DNA of 64,000 bases, from positions 186,001 to 250,000 of the IMG/VR virus record IMGVR_UViG_3300033233_000001; one strand, given 5' to 3'. The first letter of the stretch is position 1. Each line of letters begins with the position of its first letter. This document shows, one piece after another, positions 1-8,099 of this stretch. A model generated the notes under the pieces. The model worked only from the letters and a program-made list of their open reading frames with translations, ran no database searches and was not told the origin of the DNA. Position numbers and translations under genes: made by a program.

Positions 1-55
1 GCAGGCTGCGGCGCCGACGCCGGATGCGCTGGCGCCCGAGTCGAAGTCGAACTGA

Positions 56-126
56 TCGTCGCGCCGAGAGTCGCACTCGGGTCTTCCGCGTGTCGGGCGG
101 GTACTCTTCTGTTGAGCTACGCGACG
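56..126 (-). tRNA. tRNA-Val(GAC), atypical T-loop
   Basis: Cloverleaf: acceptor CGTCGCG/CGCGACG, anticodon loop CC-GAC-AC, T-loop TGCGACT. Confidence 0.75.
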
Positions 127-198
127 TTGGTCCAGACTGATTGCGATGGCCATCGCTGCTCGGCCCAAGCCGGCCGACACGGAACGAGCCCAGCTGGA

Positions 199-270
199 TC
201 GGCGCAGGTGGAATCGGACCACCAACTCAACCTTATCAGGGTTGCGTTAAGACCACTTAACTATGCGCCG
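199..270 (-). tRNA. tRNA-Ile(GAT)
   Basis: Acceptor CGGCGCA/TGCGCCG; anticodon stem CAACC/GGTTG, loop CT-GAT-AA; T-loop TCCGATT. Confidence 0.85.
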
Positions 271-273
271 CGA

Positions 274-346
274 CGTCCTCGACAAGAATCGAACTTGTGG
301 CCTGCTTTTTAGGAAAAAGCTGCTCTTCCAGCTGAGCTACGAGGAC
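274..346 (-). tRNA. tRNA-Arg(CCT)
   Basis: GTCCTCG acceptor, TAGCTCAG D arm, loop TT-CCT-AA, TTCGATT T-loop. Confidence 0.9.
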
Positions 347-353
347 AATAAGG

Positions 354-426
354 GTGACCAGGGGGACATCGAACCCCTCATCCTCCGGACCACAACCGGA
401 TGCTCTACCTTTGAGCTATGGCCACC
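354..426 (-). tRNA. tRNA-His(GTG)
   Basis: GGTGGCCA start (G-1), loop TT-GTG-GT, GGTTCGA T arm. Confidence 0.9.
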
Positions 427-434
427 ATGAACCA

Positions 435-507
435 TGGAGTTAGCCGGGATCGAACCGGCGACCTCTTGAGTGCGATTCAAGCGCTCTCCCAGCTGAGCTA
501 TAACCCC
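435..507 (-). tRNA. tRNA-Ala(CGC)
   Basis: GGGGTTATAGCTCAGCTGGGAGAGC, G3:U70 pair, loop AT-CGC-AC. Confidence 0.92.
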
Positions 508-597
508 TCTTTCATTAAGACTGCGACGATCGAAGTGTTCCTCAGTCTTAGTTTTGCCGCATTTAGGACAGCGCTTTGTCCTCATCTTCAACCTCAT
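508..597 (-). pseudogene. Relic N-terminus of a Zn-finger (CxxC) endonuclease-type gene
   Basis: AT-rich spacer reading MRLKMRTKRCPKCGKTKTEEHF, then running into tRNA-Ala. Confidence 0.45.
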
Positions 598-618
598 CGG
601 GGTGCCCTCACCCAGTTA

Positions 619-692
619 CGCCCCCACGGGGAATTGAACCCCGCTCGACCCTGCTTGACAAGCAGGCGTCCACGCCAGTGGACTTTGGAGGC
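619..692 (-). tRNA. tRNA-Asp(GTC)
   Basis: Anticodon stem CCTGC/GCAGG, loop TT-GTC-AA, GGTTCAATTCC T arm. Confidence 0.88.
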
Positions 693-820
693 ATTGGTGT
701 GGCGGGTCCTACTCAGCGCGGACGCTGAGCCTTCGGTACCAAGGTGGACCTCACCACGATCACGCCGAGAGCTACCCGGCATGACTCGACGCAACACGGA
801 GAGCTACTCCGCCTTGGCCG
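693..820 (-). ncRNA. Candidate structured RNA between tRNA-Phe and tRNA-Asp
   Basis: Several adjacent hairpins, two with TAGCT loops; CCAAGG/CCTTGG closing helix; folded by eye. Confidence 0.35.
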
Positions 821-821
821 A

Positions 822-894
822 TGGGACGCCCTGGAGTCGAACCAGGTTCCGCGGCTTTTCAGACCGCTGCAATGACCGCACTTGCTCACGTCCC
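822..894 (-). tRNA. tRNA-Phe(GAA)
   Basis: GGGACG acceptor, loop CT-GAA-AA, GGTTCGACTCC. Confidence 0.88.
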
Positions 895-898
895 GTGA

Positions 899-969
899 CA
901 GGCCAGGCAGGCGTCGAACCTGCTCGACGCGCGATTTGGAGTCGCGCCGGCTACCTCAGCCTCTGACCT
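899..969 (-). tRNA. tRNA-Trp(CCA)
   Basis: AGGTCAG/CTGGCCT acceptor, loop CT-CCA-AA. Confidence 0.85.
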
Positions 970-974
970 AAGGA

Positions 975-1258
975 CTCCTGGGGCTGGAATCGAACCAGCG
1001 ACCACTCGGTTACGTACCACTTCGGCTTTCGCCGCCCGCAGGCGCGGTTCGTGGTCTGGACTATCCCATCGTCCTCGACTTGCAGTCGGTCGGACGTCGC
1101 CCCTCTAGTCTCTACACCTTCCCCCGAGGGGGCTTGGCTCGGGATTGCCACGTCTCTTGCGACGAGGGTTCCCCGAGTTTGGGCGATTTTCACCGGCCGA
1201 TTACTCGGTCGGGCTGCCAACGGACAGCCGAGCGCTCTTCCATCTGAGCTACCCAGGA
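975..1258 (-). tRNA. tRNA-Asn(GTT), split by an intron (exons 1258-1224 and 1012-975)
   Basis: Joined exons give CTCGG-CT GTT AA-CCGAG anticodon arm and TCCTGGG/CCCAGGA acceptor. Confidence 0.92.
1013..1223 (-). ncRNA. Group I intron (211 nt, IC3-like, no ORF) in the tRNA-Asn anticodon
   Basis: U.G at P1 (GGCTGT/GCAGCC); core elements AAACTCGGGGAA, AATCCCGAGCCAAG, GTGTAGAGACT, GATAGTCC; terminal G. Confidence 0.92.
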
Positions 1259-1300
1259 ATGTGGCTGGCGCCCGATGGCGCCAGCCGTCTTCTTCGGTTC

Positions 1301-1319
1301 CTATTCAGTTTTCAAAGAG
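1301..1319 (-). promoter_or_regulatory. rrn-type boxA antitermination-like element
   Basis: CTCTTTGAAAACTGAATAG on the tRNA-coding strand, upstream of tRNA-Asn. Confidence 0.6.
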
Positions 1320-1339
1320 GCCGCCGTGAAGCGGCTTCA

Positions 1340-1412
1340 TTCCGGGTCGAGGACTCGAACCTACGATTTTCTGAGTCAGAGTCAGACGGCCTGCCGATTA
1401 GCCGAACCCGGA
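1340..1412 (-). tRNA. tRNA-Gln(CTG)
   Basis: TCCGGGT acceptor, loop CT-CTG-AC, GGTTCGAGTCC. Confidence 0.9.
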
Positions 1413-1485
1413 TGGGATGGACGGGACTCGAACCCGCTTAGGCCGATGTAAGAAACCGGTGTAGTTCCTGATCTACATCCATCCC
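1413..1485 (-). tRNA. tRNA-Lys(CTT)
   Basis: GGGATGG/CCATCCC acceptor, loop TT-CTT-AC; unusual D arm. Confidence 0.75.
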
Positions 1486-1494
1486 GAAAAACCA

Positions 1495-1566
1495 TGGGAG
1501 CGACGGGGGTCGAACCCGCGACCGTCCAGTTAAAAGCTGGCTGATCTACCTCTGATCTACGCTCCC
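1495..1566 (-). tRNA. tRNA-Lys(TTT)
   Basis: GGGAGCG acceptor, loop CT-TTT-AA, GGTTCGACCCC. Confidence 0.88.
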
Positions 1567-1570
1567 GCTT

Positions 1571-1765
1571 TCACGCGGCAGCGCGTTTCTCCTCTCGTCC
1601 CTCGACGCCCAGCACGGTGCGCCGATCTGCTCCCGACATGAGCAGCCACAGGCCGTCGACTTCGTCCTGAAGCCGATCGACCTCGTCCTCTCCGCCGCGG
1701 GCGCGCGCAGCCCGAAGCCGCTCGCGCGCCAGCCGGTACCTCTCCACGATGTGCACGGTAGTCAT
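1571..1765 (-). CDS. Hypothetical protein (64 aa) inside the tRNA array
   Basis: ORF fills the gap between tRNA-Tyr and tRNA-Lys. Confidence 0.5.
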   Translation of the reverse strand: MTTVHIVERYRLARERLRAARARGGEDEVDRLQDEVDGLWLLMSGADRRTVLGVEGREEKRAAA

Positions 1766-1778
1766 GATCTTTCTCGAT

Positions 1779-1858
1779 TGGAGCCGGAGGGAATTGAACC
1801 CCCTGTGCCGTGAGGCGCCCGGTCTACAGCCGGGTGGGGACCATTCCCCATCGACTCC
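1779..1858 (-). tRNA. tRNA-Tyr(GTA)
   Basis: Loop CT-GTA-GA, long variable arm, GGTTCAATTCC. Confidence 0.88.
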
Positions 1859-2177
1859 AGAAATGCGAAGAGGGCGCTCGGTTTCCCGCGCGCCCTCGTA
1901 GTTTCTGGATGGTGGTCCGTACTTACGAGGGCGATCTGGGCTTCCGATTCTGGTGCGCGTAGAAGCCCGTCCAGGCGCACACGACTCCGCGATCGCAACC
2001 GCGGAGCGGCAGCGACATCGGGAGCATGGCGATGGAGGTTTTTGTCACGGAGGGCGGTTTCTCGTTCAGCGGGGAGTTATCCCCAGGTTCTCGTATGTCT
2101 GACATGCCGCTGGCAGGCGGGTCAAGAAGAAAAACGACAGGCAAGAAAAATCGTCGGAGACGCACCTACACACCGCA

Positions 2178-2531
2178 CTAGCGCTCCCGCTCGGCCCGGT
2201 CATACGCGCGCGCCAGCATCTCGACGTAAGGAAAGCGCTCTCCGAGATAGGTCTCGAAGCGCTTGAAGCTCGCGTCATCCACATCGCCGCGCCGATACGC
2301 ACGGCGCGCCGCACCCCAGACGTGCGCCGCCACCATCTCCTTGTCGCCGTCCAAGGCCAGAACGATGACCGGGTAGAGCATGCCGAGAAAGCGGCAGTCG
2401 AAGATCGAGAAGCTGTCGCCGTTCTCGACGCGCTTGCCGGGCGGTAGCTCGAACTCGCCCCACAGGCCGTCGGGTGCCTGCACGAAGATCGTGGGACCGC
2501 CGATCTCGATGGTGTTGGTCTCGACGTCCAC
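2178..2531 (-). CDS. Hypothetical protein
   Basis: ORF with native-looking codon usage. Confidence 0.7.
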   Translation of the reverse strand: MDVETNTIEIGGPTIFVQAPDGLWGEFELPPGKRVENGDSFSIFDCRFLGMLYPVIVLALDGDKEMVAAHVWGAARRAYRRGDVDDASFKRFETYLGERFPYVEMLARAYDRAERER

Positions 2532-2645
2532 GGCTCTTCTCCCCAGAAGCGAGGGGCCCGGACGTGAATCACGCCGGGCCCCGGACGGCGTACTACGCCG
2601 CTGCCTCCATGATGCACCATGTGGTAAGCACGCGCCACTCGACCT

Positions 2646-2981
2646 TCACGCGCTGCCCGCTTCCGCCTTCTGTCGGAGGCGACGGCAGATCTCGATCACC
2701 ATCTCGCCGTCCGCCACCGGCACCCCAAGTTCCGACGACAACTCGTCGAAGTACGAGCCGAAAGACGGGTGGCTTCGGCTGTGGAAGTCGGAGATCGACG
2801 ACATGTCGGACAGAAAGTCGACCCGGATATTGCGCACGCGGCCGAGCGCCTCGCAGATCGTCTCGACCTCTGCGGTGTAGTTCTCGATCGTGTCACGCGG
2901 GCCCATCTCGAAGTCGCCAGTCTCGCCCGCCTTGCGGATGGCAGCGACCGCTTCCTCGGGCTCCGGCTTCCGGCGCGTCAC
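2646..2981 (-). CDS. Acidic hypothetical protein
   Basis: GTG start overlapping the upstream TGA (GTGA). Confidence 0.65.
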   Translation of the reverse strand: MTRRKPEPEEAVAAIRKAGETGDFEMGPRDTIENYTAEVETICEALGRVRNIRVDFLSDMSSISDFHSRSHPSFGSYFDELSSELGVPVADGEMVIEICRRLRQKAEAGSA

Positions 2982-3223
2982 TTGAGCGCCTTCGCGCGAG
3001 ACGGACGTGTCGCAGGCTGCTTCACGCGCCTCCACCGGTTCTTCACGAGCCGCAGCGGCACGTCGTACAGCTGGCCGTTCCAGATGAGACGCGCGTACTG
3101 CGCCGTGAGATTGACGTCGCTCAGCTTGCCGCGCCTGATCAGGGCCGCCGGCACGGCGGACTTGTCGACGTAGAAGTCGTAGTACTCGCCGACGACCAAC
3201 GCGTTCGTGTACGTCGCCCTCAT
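2978..3223 (-). CDS. Hypothetical protein
   Basis: ATG at 3223 coupled to the upstream stop. Confidence 0.65.
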   Translation of the reverse strand: MRATYTNALVVGEYYDFYVDKSAVPAALIRRGKLSDVNLTAQYARLIWNGQLYDVPLRLVKNRWRRVKQPATRPSRAKALK

Positions 3224-3774
3224 TCCGTGTCCCTCACGCCCGTCCAGGGAAGCCAGACGTGGCTCTCGTTGAACGGCACGAACCCCAACGGTCGGTCGGC
3301 TGCGCTCCAGAGCGCCCTGGCGATCACGAGGCCACCGAGCCCGTAGTCCGGCCTGGTCGTTCGCGTCAGAAGAAAGCCGCCAGGACTCAGGTCGGCGACG
3401 AGTTCTCTCGGCGAACGCCAGCCGCCGACCTCGCACCCGTTCAGCGCGAACTCGAAGCCGTCGAGCTTCACGAGGCGCTGGTAGAACACGCGCGCGAACT
3501 CGTCGATGTCGCGCTCCTCGTCTTCACTGTTCGGACCGCCGTGACCGCAGAGATAGCTGTTCAGGCCCTCGCTGACATGCGGGACGACCGCGACCTCCCA
3601 GCCGACACGCTCGCTGTGCGACTGACGGGGCGGCTCGTTCTCGACGCCTACGTCGAGATAGACCGCGCGCGCGTACGGCACCTCGAACGGCGCGCGATCG
3701 AACGCGGCAGCAAAGCGGTCGGCCGCAGCGCGGTCGGCTCCGAAGTTCGCAGTAGCATGCCAGATGTACGCCAT
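3220..3774 (-). CDS. Hypothetical protein
   Basis: Coupled ORF in the minus-strand run. Confidence 0.75.
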   Translation of the reverse strand: MAYIWHATANFGADRAAADRFAAAFDRAPFEVPYARAVYLDVGVENEPPRQSHSERVGWEVAVVPHVSEGLNSYLCGHGGPNSEDEERDIDEFARVFYQRLVKLDGFEFALNGCEVGGWRSPRELVADLSPGGFLLTRTTRPDYGLGGLVIARALWSAADRPLGFVPFNESHVWLPWTGVRDTE

Positions 3775-4445
3775 CAGCCCGGTCCTTCCGCGACGCTCGC
3801 CTCGGCCAGTTGCCTCTGCTGCGCCGTCAGCCAGTCGTACAGCGCCATGTTCGAGATCGCCGTCGCACGAATCGCGTCGGAGGTCTCACCCGTGTCGACG
3901 AAACGCCACCACGGCGGGTTCGGCGGCGGCGTCTTTTCGATCTCGCGGCCGGTCACGCTGTCCTCGTCGCGAAGGTACATGCGTACCTCGATGTTCGCCA
4001 GGCAGTTGACGCCGGCATCCACGATGTCGGTAACAGTCCCGTGCGGCGGTCCCTGGTCGTAGTGGTACTCGGTGTCAAGGAACACCGAACCGAACTTCTC
4101 GCGCAGCCCGATGAAGCCCTCGTTCCCGTCGTAGACGCCGAGCCGGAAGTTGCGCGCGCGGATCTTGTAGAGGCGTCCCTTCACGCACTCCGAGATCGAC
4201 GTGCCCGCGCTCAGCGCCTTGTAGGGCGTAAGCCCCACCGGCGTACGCGGCCCCGCCAGCCAGTCCTCGAACGCGACCGCGACGCCTTCCTTCGTGTCAG
4301 CCACTAGGCGTGCGACCAGATCGCTGTTCGGGTTGCCGTCGCGGATGACGAGGACGATCCATCGCTCGTTGTCGCTCAGATGCGCGAACGCGCGATGGCC
4401 TTCACGCTCAGCGCTCATCCTACCGGTCGATTCTTTCCAGTCCAC
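3774..4445 (-). CDS. Hypothetical protein
   Basis: Coupled ORF, 223 aa. Confidence 0.75.
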   Translation of the reverse strand: MDWKESTGRMSAEREGHRAFAHLSDNERWIVLVIRDGNPNSDLVARLVADTKEGVAVAFEDWLAGPRTPVGLTPYKALSAGTSISECVKGRLYKIRARNFRLGVYDGNEGFIGLREKFGSVFLDTEYHYDQGPPHGTVTDIVDAGVNCLANIEVRMYLRDEDSVTGREIEKTPPPNPPWWRFVDTGETSDAIRATAISNMALYDWLTAQQRQLAEASVAEGPG

Positions 4446-4452
4446 TGGGTAC

Positions 4453-4755
4453 CTAGCCTTCTCCGTCGATCAACGCCGCGAGTCGTCGTAGAACTTCCGT
4501 CGCCTCCGCACGGTCGTGAATCGTCCTCATCAGGCTCATGCCAAGCTCGTTGTCTGCGTGACGCGGAATCGTAACCTCCATCACGAACCCGCCCGGCTCG
4601 TCGCCGCAGCGACCTACTTCGGCAAACTCGATACGCGGCAAATATCGAAAGTTTCCGTCACGTCCCGCTCCCGGATCAAAACGGTTCTCTGGCGCCACCG
4701 CCTTCTTCGCGTAGGCGAGGATCTGCTCAAGCTCTTCCGGAAGAGTCGTAGCCAT
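4453..4755 (-). CDS. Hypothetical protein
   Basis: ORF in operon. Confidence 0.7.
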   Translation of the reverse strand: MATTLPEELEQILAYAKKAVAPENRFDPGAGRDGNFRYLPRIEFAEVGRCGDEPGGFVMEVTIPRHADNELGMSLMRTIHDRAEATEVLRRLAALIDGEG

Positions 4756-4758
4756 CGA

Positions 4759-5079
4759 TCAGTCCTCCACCTTTGCAAGGCGCCCGTAAATGTGCGCCAT
4801 GTTGATCCAACCGTTCAGCCGTCCGTGGTTGTCTCCGACCAGGTACTTACCCTTCTCGGGATTCACTGCCTTGATCAGCCGCAGGTAGCAGTAGTTGCGC
4901 ACGCGACAGAACACGACATCGCCGATCACAGGAGTCTTCGCAAGTGGTTCGACCGTGCACAGCTGCCCGAACTTGATCCGCGGAAGCATCGAGCGACTGT
5001 GTGGCCGAAACGACGCGCTCTCGCCGCGGCGGAGCTTTTCCGCTGCCGGCTTGGCCCATCCAGCCGAAGGCGCAGCCAT
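4759..5079 (-). CDS. S24/S26 peptidase-like small beta protein
   Basis: SRSMLPRI..G..C.V.P....GDVVFC.V..Y.YL.LIKA....YLVG.N.G..NGW pattern. Confidence 0.55.
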   Translation of the reverse strand: MAAPSAGWAKPAAEKLRRGESASFRPHSRSMLPRIKFGQLCTVEPLAKTPVIGDVVFCRVRNYCYLRLIKAVNPEKGKYLVGDNHGRLNGWINMAHIYGRLAKVED

Positions 5080-5351
5080 CAGTCGTCGATCTCCGAGGAC
5101 AGCCGACGCTCTTCCTCTTCGCGTAGCCGCTTCGCCTCGTCGAACTGTCGCTGCGCCTTCTGCTTGCGATACCACTTCTTGAAGCGACGCCGGTAGCCGA
5201 TGTCCTCGTGGTCCGACACCGTCTGCCGGCAGCAGCAACAGAACTCGAACGGCGCGCAGCCGATGAGCCCCTCGCTGATACGAGCGTATGTCCACGGGCC
5301 GATGCAGATTTCCTGCTTGCAGACCGAGCACTTCTGAACGAGCCGCATCAT
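5079..5351 (-). CDS. Cys-rich hypothetical protein
   Basis: CxxC and CCCC motifs; coupled ORF. Confidence 0.6.
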   Translation of the reverse strand: MMRLVQKCSVCKQEICIGPWTYARISEGLIGCAPFEFCCCCRQTVSDHEDIGYRRRFKKWYRKQKAQRQFDEAKRLREEEERRLSSEIDD

Positions 5352-5614
5352 CGATAGTACCGCGGCGGCCTGTGTTTGTCGTCGTACGCGACTTCGTCGG
5401 CGGTCAGCTTCCGCGTCACGCCAGGCCCAACAGCGCGCTCGCAACGCGAGTACTCCTCCCGCGACAGCGGTGCCTGCGGGTGTCGCTTCGCGTGACAGGC
5501 TTCGCACGTAACGTGCAGCCAATCTTCGGTGCAGACCGCGTATTCGTCGCCGTTGCAGAACGCTCGCGGACCGCGGTCTTCGCTGCCAACGTCGCGGTGA
5601 TACACGCGCGTCAC
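5348..5614 (-). CDS. Cys/His-containing hypothetical protein
   Basis: GTG start overlapping the upstream stop. Confidence 0.55.
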   Translation of the reverse strand: MTRVYHRDVGSEDRGPRAFCNGDEYAVCTEDWLHVTCEACHAKRHPQAPLSREEYSRCERAVGPGVTRKLTADEVAYDDKHRPPRYYR

Positions 5615-6165
5615 TCGCCGCCGTCCTTCCGACGCAGGTCGGCCTCTACGACAGAGCGAAACACAGCCCACGTCTCTTCGGTGAAGAACGGCGAGAAGAT
5701 GCACGCGAACTTTTCGCCCAGGTACTGCGCGTGGTGTCCGGCCATCGGGACCACGGCACTCCCATGGCGACTGACGAACTCTGGGTCTACTCCGGCCACC
5801 GCCGCCAGCCGCAACAGGTTGAGGTGCTCGTTCATGAGCCCCGTGTGCTCGATGAAGCTGTGCACGCCTGCCGCGCGTGCCGCGTCGTAGAATGCGTTCG
5901 AGATACCCTTCAGTCGCGTGAGCTTCTCCTTTGAAGCCGCTAGGCCCTCGTCTGAAGCGCGGCGCACCTCGCTGCCGGTCCGTTCCGACGGCTTCGCCGG
6001 CCGCGATGAGCAGTACGGACACGCCTCGTCGCCACACTTGTCTTCGAGCCACTCGTCACAGAACGTGCACACGTAGGCGTCGTACACGGGGTCTCGCTCG
6101 ACCGCGTTGGTCTCGCAGTTCATGCACTTCGGCCTGCGCTTCGACGACGTCATGGTGTCAGACAC
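5611..6165 (-). CDS. Hypothetical protein with N-terminal Cys-rich region
   Basis: CxxC pairs; coupled ORF. Confidence 0.7.
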   Translation of the reverse strand: MSDTMTSSKRRPKCMNCETNAVERDPVYDAYVCTFCDEWLEDKCGDEACPYCSSRPAKPSERTGSEVRRASDEGLAASKEKLTRLKGISNAFYDAARAAGVHSFIEHTGLMNEHLNLLRLAAVAGVDPEFVSRHGSAVVPMAGHHAQYLGEKFACIFSPFFTEETWAVFRSVVEADLRRKDGGE

Positions 6166-6518
6166 TAGCGCCGTGCACGTCGGCCGGCAAACGTTTTCGA
6201 CGGCTCGGCGTGCGCACTCCGCTCGATGTTGATCTCGCGCGGCTCGGCTCGCGGCGCATGCGCGATGACGACGGCCGACTGCCTCGGGCTCGCCGCCTCG
6301 GCCAATTCCCGACGCCTGCGGGCTAGGCGCGTCGTATACCGCCGCGTGTACTGCTCGTCCTCTGCGTCGTCATCAGGTACGCCCTGTCCGCAGCCCGCGC
6401 ACACGTCGTAGTGACCGTCGTCGACGCCCTCGGGAATCACGGCCGACCGGAAAACCGGCAGGAAGCCGACGCGTACCGTCTGGCAGCAGACGCCGCACTT
6501 GACGATGACGTTAGCCAC
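6165..6518 (-). CDS. Zn-ribbon hypothetical protein
   Basis: GTG start; CGVC...CAGC. Confidence 0.55.
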   Translation of the reverse strand: MANVIVKCGVCCQTVRVGFLPVFRSAVIPEGVDDGHYDVCAGCGQGVPDDDAEDEQYTRRYTTRLARRRRELAEAASPRQSAVVIAHAPRAEPREINIERSAHAEPSKTFAGRRARR

Positions 6519-6849
6519 GAAGTCCGTCGAGACGCACCTCGTAGTGTGCGCCGGTCCACGCGTCGTCTCGCTTGTCGCCGTAGACCTCGATGCGGTAGTC
6601 GTGTGTCCGCGAGATCGCCAGGTAGCAGTAAAGCGCAGTAGGCACGTCCTCTGGACCGTCGCCACCTGTGGCCCAACCGCGCCGCGTCACGACGAACGGG
6701 TTGCCCTTGAGATTGACGAGTTCGCCGACGTCTGGCGCCTGCGGCAGTTGATAGCGCGCAAAGCGCACCTCGCTGTCTCGCGACGAGCCGAGCGCCAGCC
6801 GAAACTCGCACCAGACCAGCGTCGATGGCTTCGGATTTCGCTCGCTCAC
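6511..6849 (-). CDS. Hypothetical protein
   Basis: Coupled ORF. Confidence 0.65.
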   Translation of the reverse strand: MSERNPKPSTLVWCEFRLALGSSRDSEVRFARYQLPQAPDVGELVNLKGNPFVVTRRGWATGGDGPEDVPTALYCYLAISRTHDYRIEVYGDKRDDAWTGAHYEVRLDGLRG

Positions 6850-7772
6850 GTAGCCCTCCAGAAAAGCTCCTGCGCCTCGACGCAGAGCGCGTTCAGCTTC
6901 TCGACGTCGGGCGCGTGCCGCAGCGTGGAAGCGACGTAGAGCGTCTGCATCTCCGCGTCCTCACGCTCGGCCCACTCGACGAGCTTGTCGTACGACCACT
7001 CGCCATGTCGAATGGCGAGAAGCTCGGCAGCGTCCGGGCGCCGCACGATGACGCCGCGACCGTCGAGAATCTCACGGCACATTTTCAAGAGCCGAACTAG
7101 GTGCATCCCGTGTTTGCAATCGTATAGATGCTTCGCCTCGATCTCAGCACGCTTCGGATTCCTGTTGGCTTTCCAGTTCTCGTGCTGGTTCCAGTGGTTC
7201 AGTGCGGCACGATACCGCTTCTCCTGCTGGACCAGTTCCATCACGTTCGGATGAACCTGCTCGCCCTGGTCGACGAGCTTATCGAACGCGCCCATCATGT
7301 CGGGCGTGATCTTCGACGTCGTGCCGAGGCCGTATTCCGCGCGGCTCGGCTTGTGGTCCGGCGGGTTGAGCAGGTAGCCGCGGTGCGTGCGAATGCGCTT
7401 CAGCTGGGCAATCGCGTACCCCGAAAACGTGTGCCGCGCCTTCTTCGAGAGGAACAGGTCTCGATTGTCGCGGATGAGTTTGCCGGCCGGGTGCATGCGC
7501 AGCACGTCGAACTCGTCGACGAACAAGACCTCGATGACGTTGGGGTTGCAGTCGGCAGCGAGGTTGCAGAACTTCCGGATGTCGTAGACCACGCGATCAT
7601 CCGGGTCCTTGCTCTCGTGCTGCTCGAAGTTGTAGGCAAAGCCGAGGACGAAGTGCCTGGGCGCGACCGCGAAGCCACGAAGGTCGACGTCCGACTCGGG
7701 CAGACTCGTGCCATACGCGTGGCTGCCGTGCCGCGCGATATAGACCGTGTGCTTGTCGACGTCGAAGTGCAT
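6846..7772 (-). CDS. DNA-pol-beta-superfamily nucleotidyltransferase (RlaP/YcgL/NrdC.11-like)
   Basis: GSHAYGTSLPESDVDLRG motif, NPNVIEVL, C-terminal KHGMHLVRLL..C..IL. Confidence 0.88.
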   Translation of the reverse strand: MHFDVDKHTVYIARHGSHAYGTSLPESDVDLRGFAVAPRHFVLGFAYNFEQHESKDPDDRVVYDIRKFCNLAADCNPNVIEVLFVDEFDVLRMHPAGKLIRDNRDLFLSKKARHTFSGYAIAQLKRIRTHRGYLLNPPDHKPSRAEYGLGTTSKITPDMMGAFDKLVDQGEQVHPNVMELVQQEKRYRAALNHWNQHENWKANRNPKRAEIEAKHLYDCKHGMHLVRLLKMCREILDGRGVIVRRPDAAELLAIRHGEWSYDKLVEWAEREDAEMQTLYVASTLRHAPDVEKLNALCVEAQELFWRAT

Positions 7773-7778
7773 CGCCGC

Positions 7779-8099
7779 TTACAACATGATCTGGTACTTC
7801 CGACCGTCGATCTGCACATGCAGAAGAAGCTCGCCGCCTAGCGCGGCGCTGTACCTCGCTAGCGTCGAGAGACGGCAGTCCGCGCGCTTCTCGGCGCGCG
7901 ACACCTCGCTCTGGGTAATTTTCGCGCGCTTGGCGACCTGCTCTTGCGTCATGCCAATCGCGCCGCGCAGCAGCCGAAGCGAGTACTTGCGACGCGGCTG
8001 AACGCCACGACCAAGGTACTCCCACGTCGAGAAGTCGACCTCCGGCATCTCCGGAAGCTCGTCGTCGACATCAACGCGCTTCTTGGCAGTCTTCTTCAT
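7779..8099 (-). CDS. XRE/Cro HTH protein, putative antitoxin
   Basis: LR.AIGMTQEQVAKRAKITQSEVSRAE...D.RLSTL..Y..ALGG; coupled to BrnT. Confidence 0.85.
   Translation of the reverse strand: MKKTAKKRVDVDDELPEMPEVDFSTWEYLGRGVQPRRKYSLRLLRGAIGMTQEQVAKRAKITQSEVSRAEKRADCRLSTLARYSAALGGELLLHVQIDGRKYQIML

Noticed and set aside
127-198. tRNA-sized spacer with two hairpins ending in CCA on the minus strand
   Set aside because: No 7-nt anticodon loop, D arm or T arm could be built; at most a degenerate element.
608-617. AACTGGGTGA match to the capsid intron P3 region
   Set aside because: Only 10 nt, with no other group I core elements nearby; likely chance.
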